38,561 nt of DNA, taken from the NCBI GenBank assembly GCA_035996605.1, contig DASYJJ010000093.1, forward strand, positions 1 to 38,561. The letters are read 5' to 3'. Shown piece by piece: positions 17,364 to 27,214 of this stretch. The first letter of the stretch is position 1, and the number at the start of each line of letters is the position of its first letter. The position numbers were made by a program, and so were the translations under genes. The DNA comes from Rhodanobacteraceae bacterium (GTDB lineage: Bacteria; Pseudomonadota; Gammaproteobacteria; Xanthomonadales; Rhodanobacteraceae). The notes under the pieces are model-generated. The model worked only from the letters and a program-made list of their open reading frames with translations, searched no databases and was not told where the DNA came from.

Positions 17364-18770
17364 GTGATCGGCGCCGACTCCCGTCCGAATGTCTGGATCG
17401 TCGACGACGACCGCAGCGTTCGTCTGGTCCTCGGTGCGGCACTGCGCGAAGCGGGCTTCACGCCGCGGGAATTCGGCGACGCGGAAGCGGCACTCGCTGC
17501 GCTCGCCGAGGAAACGCCCGCCGTGCTCTACACCGACGTGCGCATGCCCGGCATCAGTGGACTCAAATTGCTCGAACGCGTCGCGCTCAGCGAACCGCGC
17601 TTTCCGGTGATCGTGATGAGCGCATTCACCGATATCGCGTCCACTGCGGCGGCGTATCGTCACGGCGCCTTCGATTTTCTGCCCAAACCTTTCGATCTGG
17701 ATCAGGCGGTCGCGGCCGCGGAACGCGCGCTCGCACACGCGCGACCGTCGTCGGTGCCAGCGACCGAAGGAGCGGTCAGCGAGGCCGAGCTGATCGGGCG
17801 CAGTCCTGCGATGCGCGAGCTGTTCCGCGCGATCGGCCGCGTCGCCGCGAGCGGTCTCAGCGTGCTGATCACTGGCGAGACCGGCACCGGCAAGGAGCTC
17901 GTCGCGCGGGCGCTGCATCGCGAGAGCGCGCGCGCGGCGCGTCCGTTCGTCGCGCTCAACACGGCGGCAATTCCCGCGGAATTGCTCGAGTCCGAATTGT
18001 TCGGCCACGAAGTCGGCGCGTTCACCGGCGCGGCGCGCCGTCATGCGGGACGATTCGAGCAGGCAGCGGGCGGCACATTGTTTCTCGACGAGATCGGCGA
18101 CATGCCGTTGCCGTTGCAGACGCGATTGCTGCGCGTGCTCGCGGCCGGCGAGTTTTATCGCGTTGGTGGGCGCGAGCTGATTCGCGCCGACGCGCGAGTC
18201 ATCGCGGCGACGCATCAGGATCTCGATGCGAAAGTCGCGCGCGGCGAATTCCGCGCGGATCTGTTGCATCGGCTCGACGTCGTCCGTCTGCATCTGCCGC
18301 CGCTGCGCGAGCGGCGCGAGGATATTCCAGTGATGGCCGAACAATTTCTCGCGCGCGCGGCCGCAGCATCGGGCGCGTCCGCGAAACGTTTTTCTCCGGC
18401 CGCACTCGGCGCACTGCGCGACTACGGCTGGCCCGGCAACGTGCGTCAGCTGGAAAATCTGTGCCAACGTCTCGCCGTGCTGGCGCCGGGCCGCGAGATC
18501 GGCGTCGGTGATCTGCCGCCGGCCATCGTCGACGACGCAGTGGACACGCCTGCCGTCGACTGGACGCTCGGACTTCGCGCCTGGGCCGAGCATGCGCTCG
18601 CGCAAGGCGAGACCGGCATCCATGCGACCGCGCTTGCGGCATTCGAGCGGGTTCTGCTCGAAACCGCGATCGACGCACAACACGGTCATCGCCAAAACGC
18701 GGCAAAGGCGCTTGGCCTCGGCCGCAACACGATCACGCGCAAGCTCGGCAGCTCGCGCACGAAGCGATAA
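17364..18770 (+). CDS. ntrC: Sigma-54 response regulator NtrC (GlnG)
   Basis: [59 protein letters not shown]. Start GTG 17364 chosen. Confidence 0.93.
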   Translation: MIGADSRPNVWIVDDDRSVRLVLGAALREAGFTPREFGDAEAALAALAEETPAVLYTDVRMPGISGLKLLERVALSEPRFPVIVMSAFTDIASTAAAYRHGAFDFLPKPFDLDQAVAAAERALAHARPSSVPATEGAVSEAELIGRSPAMRELFRAIGRVAASGLSVLITGETGTGKELVARALHRESARAARPFVALNTAAIPAELLESELFGHEVGAFTGAARRHAGRFEQAAGGTLFLDEIGDMPLPLQTRLLRVLAAGEFYRVGGRELIRADARVIAATHQDLDAKVARGEFRADLLHRLDVVRLHLPPLRERREDIPVMAEQFLARAAAASGASAKRFSPAALGALRDYGWPGNVRQLENLCQRLAVLAPGREIGVGDLPPAIVDDAVDTPAVDWTLGLRAWAEHALAQGETGIHATALAAFERVLLETAIDAQHGHRQNAAKALGLGRNTITRKLGSSRTKR

Positions 18771-18773
18771 CAG

Positions 18774-19253
18774 ATGAACACGAAGATCGACATACGCAAC
18801 GCGACGCGGGACGACGTGTCATTCCTCGCCGACTGCAACATCGCGATGGCTTACGAGAGCGAGAAAAAGCATCTCGACCGCGAAGTGCTGACGCGCGGGA
18901 TCGTTGCGGTGTTCGATCATCCGGAGCGGGGTTTCTACGTCGTCGCCGAGAGCGACGGAAAAGCCGCGGGCACCCTCCTGATCACGCACGAATGGAGCGA
19001 TTGGCGCAACGGCGGCTGGTGGTGGATCCAGAGCGTCTACGTGATGCCGGATGCGCGACGCGGCGGCGTCTTCAGCGCGATGTATCGCGAAATCGAGACG
19101 CGCGCGAAGGCGAGTACGGGCGTCATCGGGCTGCGGCTCTACGTCGAGAAGGAAAACGCGAGAGCGCAGGCGACGTATTCCGCGCTCGGCATGGAACCGG
19201 CGTATTACAGCCTCTATCAGACGAGCTTTGTGGAGTTCGATCGTACGCGCTGA
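18774..19253 (+). CDS. GNAT N-acetyltransferase
   Basis: EWSDWRNG, IQSVYV..RRGGVF, LRLYVEKENARAQATY..LGM. Confidence 0.92.
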   Translation: MNTKIDIRNATRDDVSFLADCNIAMAYESEKKHLDREVLTRGIVAVFDHPERGFYVVAESDGKAAGTLLITHEWSDWRNGGWWWIQSVYVMPDARRGGVFSAMYREIETRAKASTGVIGLRLYVEKENARAQATYSALGMEPAYYSLYQTSFVEFDRTR

Positions 19254-19255
19254 GT

Positions 19256-19364
19256 CCGTTCTCCCGCTTGCGGGAGAAGGTGCCAGAGGGCGGATGAGGG
19301 AAGCTTGAGATCGTGTGCAAAGCCTTCCCTCACCCCAGCCCTCTCCCGCTTGCGGGAGAGGGGG
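19256..19364. repeat. REP-like inverted doublet
   Basis: Two ctcccgcttgcgggaga palindromes with facing tgaggg/ccctca tails. Confidence 0.85.
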
Positions 19365-19436
19365 TTGGGCGCGTGCTGGCGCGCCGACGCGGTAACATCG
19401 CAACCCGAATCACGGACCGGGTCCAAGCGCGAACTC

Positions 19437-20369
19437 ATGCAGGTCACGAACTACAAGGCATTCTGGGACGACAAGGCGTCGACGACGATCGGCGCGCTGC
19501 TCGCCGTCGATGGCAGCGCGAGCGAAGACGTCGCGCGGCTGACCGGCGCGTACACCGCGCGCCAGGTTGCAAGTGCGCTCGATTTCGCGCCGACCGATCG
19601 CGTGCTCGAACTTGGTTGTGGCGTCGGCCGCATCGGTTTGCAGCTCGCGCCGAAGGTCGGGCGCTGGGAAGGCGCGGACATTTCCGCAAACATGATCGAA
19701 GTCGCGCGCACGCGCCTGGCCGCGCAGAGCAATGTCGGATTCACCGAACTGAAGCGGAGCCGGCTGGATGGTCTTGCCGACGCGACTTTCGACAAGGCCT
19801 ACAGCGTCGCCGTGTTCATCCACATGGACAAGGAAGACTTCTTCCTTTACCTGGAAGAGCTCGCGCGCGTTTTGAAACCTGGCGGCTTGCTGTATTTCGA
19901 TACCTGGAATCTCGCAAGCAAAGTCGGCTGGCGGCGTTTCATGCTCGAGGTCGAACAACATCGCCACGCGGACCCGGCCCAGCGCAAGGACGTTGCACGC
20001 AATCAGTTCTCGACGCCGGAGGAAGTACGCACGTTTCTCGTGCATGCGGGGTTCGAGCCCTTGCTGATCATGGGCGATTCTCCGTGGGTGCAGGCGGTCG
20101 CGCTGAAGCCTGGCGCTGGCGCGGATGCGGCAACACTGCGTGCGAGTCTCGAGAGTCGCGCGGCGCGCATCGCCTATACGCCGCTGTGGACGGAACTCTT
20201 CGATCGCATGATCGCGGTCGCGCATGCCGGCGCGCCGCCGTCGACGCTGCTCGAAGGGCTCGGCGACGATTCGCGAGGCGAGGAAATCGCGATGTTCCGC
20301 ACGTGGTATCTCGATCTGTGGCGCCATAACCAGGCGCACTGGGGACCGCCGCCCGACATCGCGCGCTGA
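19437..20369 (+). CDS. Class I SAM-dependent methyltransferase
   Basis: VLELGCGVGRI, GADISANM, FDKAYS, RVLKPGG. Confidence 0.9.
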   Translation: MQVTNYKAFWDDKASTTIGALLAVDGSASEDVARLTGAYTARQVASALDFAPTDRVLELGCGVGRIGLQLAPKVGRWEGADISANMIEVARTRLAAQSNVGFTELKRSRLDGLADATFDKAYSVAVFIHMDKEDFFLYLEELARVLKPGGLLYFDTWNLASKVGWRRFMLEVEQHRHADPAQRKDVARNQFSTPEEVRTFLVHAGFEPLLIMGDSPWVQAVALKPGAGADAATLRASLESRAARIAYTPLWTELFDRMIAVAHAGAPPSTLLEGLGDDSRGEEIAMFRTWYLDLWRHNQAHWGPPPDIAR

Positions 20370-20526
20370 GCCACGCGATATCTGCGAACGTGGCGTGAAC
20401 GGCGGCGGCGCGATCGTGAAAACGCGACATCTTTCTGCAGCCGCGAGCGTCTCGAAGCCCTACAATAGTGCCCAGACGCGTGCGCCATGGATCGCGCACA
20501 CGCAAGGCATCTGCTAAAGGCCCATC

Positions 20527-21810
20527 GTGACCACGACAAGACGAGTCGGCATCATCGGCGGCGTCCGCATTCCGTTCTGCCGCAACAACACCGCATACGC
20601 CGACATCGGCAATTTCGGCATGTCGGTCAAAGTGCTCGGATCGCTGGTCGAACGCTTCGGCTTGCATGGGGTTGAGCTCGGCGAAGTCGCGATGGGTGCG
20701 GTGATCAAGCACGTTTTCGACTGGAATCTTGCGCGCGAGGCAACGCTTTCGTCCGGACTCGCGCCGACGACACCCGGCATAACGACCGTGCGCGCGTGCG
20801 GAAGCTCGCTCGACAACACGATCGATGTCGGCAACAAGATCGCGATGGGCCAGATCGAAGCCGGCATCGCTGGCGGATCGGACACGACCAGCGACGTGCC
20901 GATCGTCTATTCGCGCGCATTGCAGCAGCGCGTACTTGCAGTGAATCGTGCGAAGGAACCGCTCGCCAAGCTCGAAACCGCCGTCAAGGGATTTTCGTTC
21001 AAGGACCTCAAGCCCTCGTTCCCCGGCGTCGCCGAGCCGCGTACGGGCAAGTCGATGGGCGAGCATTGCGAGCTGATGGCGCGCGAATGGAACATTTCGC
21101 GCGAAGATCAGGATCAGTTGGCGCTCGCCAGCCATCAGAAACTTGCCGCTGCGTATTCGCGCGGTTTTTTCGATCAGCTTGTCGTGCCGTTCCGCGGCGT
21201 CGACAAGGACAACATCCTGCGTGCGGATACGACGCTCGAAAAGCTCGCCTCGCTCAAGCTCGCCTTCGACAGGACTTCCGGCCATGGCACGCTGACCGCG
21301 GGCAACTCGAGTCCACTTTCGGACGGCGCAGCGGCGGTGCTGCTCGCGAGCGAATCGTGGGCCACCGAACGCGGATTGCCGATCCAGGCGTATCTCACGC
21401 ACTCGCGCGTTGCCGCGGTCGATTTCACGCACGGCGAAGGTCTCCTGATGGCGCCGACCATCGCGATTCCTCGCATGCTCGACGAAGCCGGCCTCACGCT
21501 GCAGGATTTCGATTTCTACGAAATCCACGAAGCCTTTGCGGCGCAGGTGCTGTGCACGCTGCGCGCGTGGGAGTCGGCGGACTATTGCAAGAACCGCCTC
21601 GGGCGCGACAAACCGCTCGGCTCGATCGACCCCGCCAAGATCAACGTCAACGGTTCGAGTCTTGCGGCGGGCCACCCGTTCGCGGCAACCGGCGCGCGCC
21701 TCGTCGCGACGCTCGGCAAGCTGCTCGAGGAAAAGGGCAGCGGGCGCGGCTTGATCTCGATCTGCACGGCGGGCGGCATGGGTGTCGTCGCGATTCTCGA
21801 GCGGCCGTAG
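20527..21810 (+). CDS. Thiolase (acetyl-CoA C-acyltransferase)
   Basis: RACGSS, HEAFAAQ, GHPFAATG, CTAGGMG; TACAAT at 20461-20466 upstream. Confidence 0.95.
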   Translation: MTTTRRVGIIGGVRIPFCRNNTAYADIGNFGMSVKVLGSLVERFGLHGVELGEVAMGAVIKHVFDWNLAREATLSSGLAPTTPGITTVRACGSSLDNTIDVGNKIAMGQIEAGIAGGSDTTSDVPIVYSRALQQRVLAVNRAKEPLAKLETAVKGFSFKDLKPSFPGVAEPRTGKSMGEHCELMAREWNISREDQDQLALASHQKLAAAYSRGFFDQLVVPFRGVDKDNILRADTTLEKLASLKLAFDRTSGHGTLTAGNSSPLSDGAAAVLLASESWATERGLPIQAYLTHSRVAAVDFTHGEGLLMAPTIAIPRMLDEAGLTLQDFDFYEIHEAFAAQVLCTLRAWESADYCKNRLGRDKPLGSIDPAKINVNGSSLAAGHPFAATGARLVATLGKLLEEKGSGRGLISICTAGGMGVVAILERP

Positions 21811-21889
21811 GCACGGATCGAGTCATCCAATTGTCACGTGGTTCCGCGCATCGCTAAGTAATGCGACTGCACACGATGATTCGGCGAGC

Positions 21890-22093
21890 GGCAGCTTGCG
21901 CCATGTCCAGAGCGTCGCGATCGCGCCCGACTGCGTCGTTATCGTGACGCTCGCCGATTCGTATCGAGAGGGTTCTTCATTGCGCGGCCAGCGCATCGAA
22001 ATGAAAGCGCGGCCCGACCCGCAAGGCGCCCTCGATTGGACTTACACAGCCACCCTCGCGCGAGAACTCCTGCCGGAGTCCTGTCGCAAGTAG
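21890..22093 (+). pseudogene. Remnant C-terminal type IV pilin domain
   Basis: HVQSVAIAPDCVVIVTL..LRGQRIEM..GALDWTYTATL..LLPESCRK*; no N-terminal helix or credible start. Confidence 0.55.
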
Positions 22094-22227
22094 AGGCAAG
22101 CTCGTCGCCGGGACAAATTCAGCAAGAATCGCCCGCCGATTCCCGCGATCGCTTGCCTGCGCCGCAATTCCCCGTACGCTAGGGCCCTTAAATGCGCCTC
22201 CGGAGATCCGGAGACAGGGGAGTATCG

Positions 22228-23385
22228 ATGGAAACCAAGTACGCACTCGTTCTGACCGGCTCGACGCTGCCGGGCTATGCGTCGGATGCGGTATGGCCGG
22301 CGCTGGCCGCCTATTTCCGCATGGAGCCGGCAAAACTCACCGATCAGGTGCTGGTGCGCGCGCCGCTCACGATCAAGGAAAGCGAGGAGCTCGGCAAACT
22401 GCAGACGTTGCAGGCCGGTGCGGCCTCGGTGGGTGCCGAAGCCGATATCTGTGCGCCGGACGGGCGGCCTGCGTTGTTCGTCCTGCTCGATGGGACGCCG
22501 CGCGGACCGGTGCCGCGCGTGTTCGTCGAGGAACGCGTCGAACACGGGCTTTGGCCCGATCGGCTGATGATCGCTGAGGTCGGATCGAATGCCTGGCGTC
22601 CGTTCCGTGAGCTCTCGCCTGCGGGGCCATCAATGGCGGCGGAAGACGTTGCAGAGGAGCCCGATATCGCAACGGCGACGGGCCGGACTGCCGGGTACGC
22701 GCCGACGATGGCGGCGGACCATGGCCACAATCTTGCTGCGGTCGGGGCGGTGGGCGAAGTCGCCGCGATCGGCGCACTGCCTGCGGGAGCGGCCATTCAT
22801 GCTGGTTTCTGGCGTCGCTGCGCGGCGTACACGATCGACTACTTCATCACCTTCGTTGCGTCCTACCTGGTTGGCCTCGTCGCCGGCTTCGCGCTGGCTG
22901 CAGGGCAGGGTGCCGCCGGCATGATGGCGGCGCCGACCGTCGGTGGGATTTTGGGGCTCGTCGTCGGCTGGCTCTATTTCGCGCTGCAGGAAAGCTCGGC
23001 GCAGCAGGCGACACTCGGCAAGCGCGCGCTCGGCATCAAGGTCACGGACGGCAACGGCCTTCGCATCGGGTTCGGGCGCGCGACGGGACGCTTCTTCGGC
23101 AAGCTCCTTTCGGGTCTCATCCTGGCGATCGGTTTCATGCTCGCCGGATGGACGGAGAAAAAGCAGGCGCTGCACGACATGCTGGCGAACACGCTGGTCG
23201 TATTCCGAGGCGTTGAACCGGGTCAGCCGCTGCCGACGGTGCGTCCGCCGATGCCGTGGTACGGATGGGCGCTGAACATCCTCCTGATCGCCGTGCTCGT
23301 GTTCTTCGTGGTCGCGTTCTACACGCTCGTCAGCTCGTTCCTCGGCGGACTCAGCAACGCGACGCAGGGCGGCACCGGATTTTGA
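22228..23385 (+). CDS. RDD-family membrane protein with N-terminal domains (GYF_2-like)
   Basis: AGFWRRCAAYTID, QATLGKRALGIKV, KQALHDMLANTLV; GP..G..WRP segment; GGGGAG RBS. Confidence 0.88.
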   Translation: METKYALVLTGSTLPGYASDAVWPALAAYFRMEPAKLTDQVLVRAPLTIKESEELGKLQTLQAGAASVGAEADICAPDGRPALFVLLDGTPRGPVPRVFVEERVEHGLWPDRLMIAEVGSNAWRPFRELSPAGPSMAAEDVAEEPDIATATGRTAGYAPTMAADHGHNLAAVGAVGEVAAIGALPAGAAIHAGFWRRCAAYTIDYFITFVASYLVGLVAGFALAAGQGAAGMMAAPTVGGILGLVVGWLYFALQESSAQQATLGKRALGIKVTDGNGLRIGFGRATGRFFGKLLSGLILAIGFMLAGWTEKKQALHDMLANTLVVFRGVEPGQPLPTVRPPMPWYGWALNILLIAVLVFFVVAFYTLVSSFLGGLSNATQGGTGF

Positions 23386-23405
23386 TTGGCAAGTTTTAGA
23401 TGTGC

Positions 23406-23440
23406 AAAAAAGAAGAAGCCGCCTCGCAGGCGGCTTCTTC
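23406..23440 (-). terminator. Intrinsic terminator of the YkvA gene
   Basis: 12-bp stem GAAGAAGCCGCC/GGCGGCTTCTTC, 5-nt loop, U6 tract on minus strand. Confidence 0.88.
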
Positions 23441-23460
23441 GACTCACATGCGCGGTTGAG

Positions 23461-24039
23461 TCAGCCGCCGAACTTGAACAGCGACGGACGCCACCCGGTC
23501 GAGCTGCTGTAACTCTGCAGCCGCCGGTTTTTCATGCGGTTCAAGAGCTCGATGCGGCGTGCTTCGGCCCACTCGACGCGTTCGGTCTTCAATGATGCCG
23601 GATCAACGCCGCGGCGCATGGCTTCATCGTTGCGATACTCGACGAAATCGTCGTACGCCTCGACCTCGTGCTGAAGCTCGCGCGTGACCAGCTCGATCAT
23701 GATCGCGTCGTCGAGAAATCCGAGCACGGGTACATTGTCCGGGATCAGATCCGTCGGATTCGCAAAGTAGGTGAGGCACGCCAGCACGCGCTGGCGGTCT
23801 TCTTCGGGCAACGCGAAACCCTGGTCGTTGACCATCGCGATCATGCTGTCGAGTTTGGACAGTCGCTCGGCGATGAAGCTCGGCAGCTTGTTCTCCTTGC
23901 CGTCGACGAGGAGCTTGGATGCGGCGTCGGTGATCTCGCGCGGCGACAGGTTCTTGGCCTCCTGCTGCGCGGTCTGCATGGCGTCGATGAAGTGTTTGAG
24001 GTCGGCATCGCCGAGCTCGATGGTGATAGCGAGCGACAT
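23461..24039 (-). CDS. YkvA/DUF1232 family protein
   Basis: LTYFANPTDLIPDNVPVLGFLDDA; GGAG RBS. Confidence 0.9.
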   Translation of the reverse strand: MSLAITIELGDADLKHFIDAMQTAQQEAKNLSPREITDAASKLLVDGKENKLPSFIAERLSKLDSMIAMVNDQGFALPEEDRQRVLACLTYFANPTDLIPDNVPVLGFLDDAIMIELVTRELQHEVEAYDDFVEYRNDEAMRRGVDPASLKTERVEWAEARRIELLNRMKNRRLQSYSSSTGWRPSLFKFGG

Positions 24040-24103
24040 GGCATGACTCCGCGGAGAACGGTCGGAAAGACTGCCAGCCGGGACGGGGCGCGTCAATGTT
24101 GGG

Positions 24104-24173
24104 AAGAGCCGGGATTTGGGATTCGGGATGGCAACAAGGCATCCCCAATCTCGAATCCCGAATCCCGGCTCTT
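24104..24173. repeat. Inverted repeat built from GGGATTY/GAATCCC heptamers
   Basis: aagagccgggatttgggattcgggat versus atctcgaatcccgaatcccggctctt, 26-bp arms. Confidence 0.8.
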
Positions 24174-24175
24174 TC

Positions 24176-26020
24176 TCAAAGAATCCCCACCAGCCCCGCC
24201 CCGAACGCCGTCACCATGCGCGTGTAGATCGTCTTCATTGGCAGATCAACCTCGGGAAAGTCGCCGACGTCCTCGTAGCAGTCGTAAAAATGCGGATCGG
24301 ATGGCGGCAAAGGCGCGCAGCCCGGTTTCAGCTCGAAGCTCGAGGCATAGCGGAACGGCCAGAAATCGAACAGCGGGAGTGCGGTCGAGAAATCGCCGAT
24401 CGCGTTGTTGATGCGCTCGACGAATCGCGAGTGCTCGCGTTTGGCGATGACCCATGCGTTCTGCGGTTCGGCATCGTGCAGCACCGCGGCGCGCACGCGC
24501 GCGGCGACTGTTGCATCGTGGATGATGAAGCCCGATTCGGTGTTGTAGTCGTCCGAGCGCGGATCGAAATTGTGCGAACCGATGACGCTGACGGCGCCGT
24601 CGATCACCAGAGACTTGGCATGCATACCGATGCGCACGCCGCCGCGCTTGAGCGGCGTTCGGCCATAGCGCTCGTAGCTTCCGGTGTTGCCGCCGCCGGA
24701 GAGTCGCTCGTAGTCGCGCACGAAAGTTGGCGCGTCGGCGGGAAACGGCTTGAATTCGTGGATCTCGAAACCGTAGCGCTTGAGATAGCGCCGCTTGTAC
24801 TTGTGCGAAAGCGCATAAACGTAGAACGCGTCGGTCGCGGCCAGCGAATTGGTCGAAACGATGACCGGTACTCGTGGCTTGTGCTTGTAGAGGTCATGAA
24901 AGATGCCGCGCGCGCGGTCGCTGAGAACGAGGTAGGGCGTTTCGAAAACGACTTCGCTTTCGGCGTTGCGAAGGAGCTTTGCGATGTGCTCGCTGAGCGC
25001 CTGCTCGCTTGCGGCGTGCGGATGGTCGGGTTTGTCCGGGGCATCGGAAAAATATTCGACCTGGCCGACGCGCAGCGCATCGTCGATGAACAACGCACGG
25101 ATGTAGCCCGCATCGACCGCGCGTGAGCGCAATGATTCGATGCGCGCCCAATCGATGCCAATAGGAGGTGCCAGCGGTTCGGCTTTGCCGGCATCGGCGA
25201 CAATGCGCTGGTTGACATCGTTGAGCCGCGTCAGCGGAACCGCGCGGCGGTTGCGCCAGAATTGGTCGAAAGAGGCCTGCATGTCGCGTCCGGCGGTCGG
25301 TCCGAGCACCAGCACGTCGCGGTCGCGGTAGTCGAATTCCTGGTCCCAGTCGAAGTAGCGGTTCTCGTAGTTGCGCCCGCCGGCGATGCCGATCTCGCCG
25401 TCGACGAGAAACAGCTTATTGTGCATGCGCTGGTTGAATTTCGAGAAACAGCAGAGAATGCCGGCCGCGAATTCGGCCGGCTGGGTGACCGCTTCGTCGA
25501 ACGTCGGGTTGTAGAGCTCGAATTCGAGATTCGCATGAGCGCTGGCGATGCGTGAAAGCCATTCGATGTCGTCCAGCGAAAAAAGCTGATCGACCATCAC
25601 GCGCACGCGCACGCCGCGCTTGGCCGCCGCGATGAGCTCGTCGAGCACGAGCCAGCCGGCATCGTCCTCGGCCCAGATGAAGGTCTGGATATCGATGCTT
25701 ATCTTCGCTGCGCGGATCAGATGCACGCGCACGAGCAGCGCGTCTTCGCCGACTTCGAGCATGTTGACGTAGTGCACGGGCGCATCGGCCGTGCTCGATG
25801 AGCGCGCTTCGTCGAGCAGCGCGCGGTACGGCGAATCGATCGCGCAATGCTCGTCGCGCACGCATGAAACCGCTGTCGGCCGTGCGGCGATGACGACGGA
25901 ATCTGCCTGTTTGGCGAGATTCCTGTCGAGTCCGCAGCTGCTCACCAGGAGCGCGAGGAGCGTCGGCAGCGCGAGTTGCATCCATTGCGTGAGCCTCGCG
26001 GACCCTTTTGCGCGAGTCAC
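24176..26020 (-). CDS. Phospholipase D family lipoprotein (ClsC-like)
   Basis: Two HKD motifs (HNKLFLVD, HAKSLVID), GGRN, GSHNFDPRS; lipobox VSSC; GTGA overlap with YceI stop. Confidence 0.92.
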   Translation of the reverse strand: MTRAKGSARLTQWMQLALPTLLALLVSSCGLDRNLAKQADSVVIAARPTAVSCVRDEHCAIDSPYRALLDEARSSSTADAPVHYVNMLEVGEDALLVRVHLIRAAKISIDIQTFIWAEDDAGWLVLDELIAAAKRGVRVRVMVDQLFSLDDIEWLSRIASAHANLEFELYNPTFDEAVTQPAEFAAGILCCFSKFNQRMHNKLFLVDGEIGIAGGRNYENRYFDWDQEFDYRDRDVLVLGPTAGRDMQASFDQFWRNRRAVPLTRLNDVNQRIVADAGKAEPLAPPIGIDWARIESLRSRAVDAGYIRALFIDDALRVGQVEYFSDAPDKPDHPHAASEQALSEHIAKLLRNAESEVVFETPYLVLSDRARGIFHDLYKHKPRVPVIVSTNSLAATDAFYVYALSHKYKRRYLKRYGFEIHEFKPFPADAPTFVRDYERLSGGGNTGSYERYGRTPLKRGGVRIGMHAKSLVIDGAVSVIGSHNFDPRSDDYNTESGFIIHDATVAARVRAAVLHDAEPQNAWVIAKREHSRFVERINNAIGDFSTALPLFDFWPFRYASSFELKPGCAPLPPSDPHFYDCYEDVGDFPEVDLPMKTIYTRMVTAFGAGLVGIL

Positions 26021-26616
26021 GGATTCAGACGCTCCGCCGACGGAACGGCGAACACCTCGAAATGCAGATCCACCTTGTCGCTGAGTGCTCCGCGCCGCGA
26101 GCGCATGCCGAAAGCGGAGCGACGAATCGATCCCGTGACGACGATCGGGCACTCGTACGCCGGGTGCTCGCATTCCGAGGGTTCGAGATCGAACGTCGCC
26201 GGCTGATCGGTGCCGCGGATCGTCAACGTGCCGCTCAACTCGCCGCCGTGGCGCAGGCGTTGCAATGGAAAGGATTCGGAAACGAAGCGGATCTCCGGGT
26301 AGTGGGCGACATCGAAGAATTCATCCGACTTGACCCACTCGGAATAACTCTTCGTGCCCATCTCGACCGCGTTGGCGTCGATGCGCGCGTTGACCGACGC
26401 GAAATTGCGGAAACGATCGACGTCGACATCGCCGCTGACTTTGCCGAAGTGGCCGTGCACGGTCAGAAGCCACATCACCTTGACACCGAATTCGGCGTGC
26501 GAGCGTTCGCTGTCGAGCGCGACGTGGTCCATCGTCGAATCGTCTGCGCGTGCAACGTGCGCGACGAATGCAAGCGCAATGAGCAGGAATACCGGTTTCA
26601 GGCCGAGCCGCGCCAT
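26017..26616 (-). CDS. YceI-family periplasmic protein
   Basis: Signal peptide; SHAEFGV, HGHF, FFDVAHYPEIRFVS, GTLTIRG, RRSAFGM. Confidence 0.92.
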   Translation of the reverse strand: MARLGLKPVFLLIALAFVAHVARADDSTMDHVALDSERSHAEFGVKVMWLLTVHGHFGKVSGDVDVDRFRNFASVNARIDANAVEMGTKSYSEWVKSDEFFDVAHYPEIRFVSESFPLQRLRHGGELSGTLTIRGTDQPATFDLEPSECEHPAYECPIVVTGSIRRSAFGMRSRRGALSDKVDLHFEVFAVPSAERLNP

Positions 26617-26632
26617 CGACGCGACCTGGCCG

Positions 26633-27115
26633 TCACGGCCACCAGAAATGGTGAACTTCGGCGGTACCGGGATCCATCGCGGCATCGACCGGCAGGCCGA
26701 GCCAGACCACGCCGGCCGGAGGAATGCCGCGGCCCGAATCGGACGCGCCCTCGGTGAGGAGCGCGACGAGATTTTCGAGCCCCGGATTGTGGCCGACCAG
26801 CATCAGCGGATTCGCATCCGCGTGATCGTCCAGCACGCGCAGCAAATCGCCGGGAGTCGCTTCGTAGATGCGCGATTCGCTGCGCAGGTCCGTATAGCCG
26901 ATGGCCGCGAGCACACGCTCGCAGGTTTCGCGCGCGCGTGCGGCGGGCGAGCAGAGCACACGCGCGGGCGCAGCCGCGTGGCGCTTCAGCCAGGCGCCGG
27001 CGGCGTCCGCTTCGGCTTCGCCGCGAAGGCTCAGCACGCGTGCGATGTCGTCCTGGGCGGCGCTCGCAGGTTCGGCGTGCGCGTGGCGCACCAGGATGAT
27101 TTCGCGCTCGGCCAT
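26633..27115 (-). CDS. sixA: Phosphohistidine phosphatase SixA
   Basis: LVRHAHA, CSPAARARET, LVGHNPG; GAAGGAG RBS. Confidence 0.9.
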   Translation of the reverse strand: MAEREIILVRHAHAEPASAAQDDIARVLSLRGEAEADAAGAWLKRHAAAPARVLCSPAARARETCERVLAAIGYTDLRSESRIYEATPGDLLRVLDDHADANPLMLVGHNPGLENLVALLTEGASDSGRGIPPAGVVWLGLPVDAAMDPGTAEVHHFWWP

Positions 27116-27214
27116 GGACGCTCCTTCGCATGGGTATGACACGCCGATGATGCCCCATTCGCCGCGATCAGGGCCAATCGGGAATGAAGGATGTGCCGAT
27201 TCCGCACACGAGCG

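Noticed and set aside
19256-19364. REP doublets as CRISPR or IS ends
   Set aside because: Inverted pairs only; no regular array, cas gene or transposase.
24176-26020. PLD as a defence nuclease
   Set aside because: Lipoprotein with two HKD motifs of ClsC type; no defence partners.
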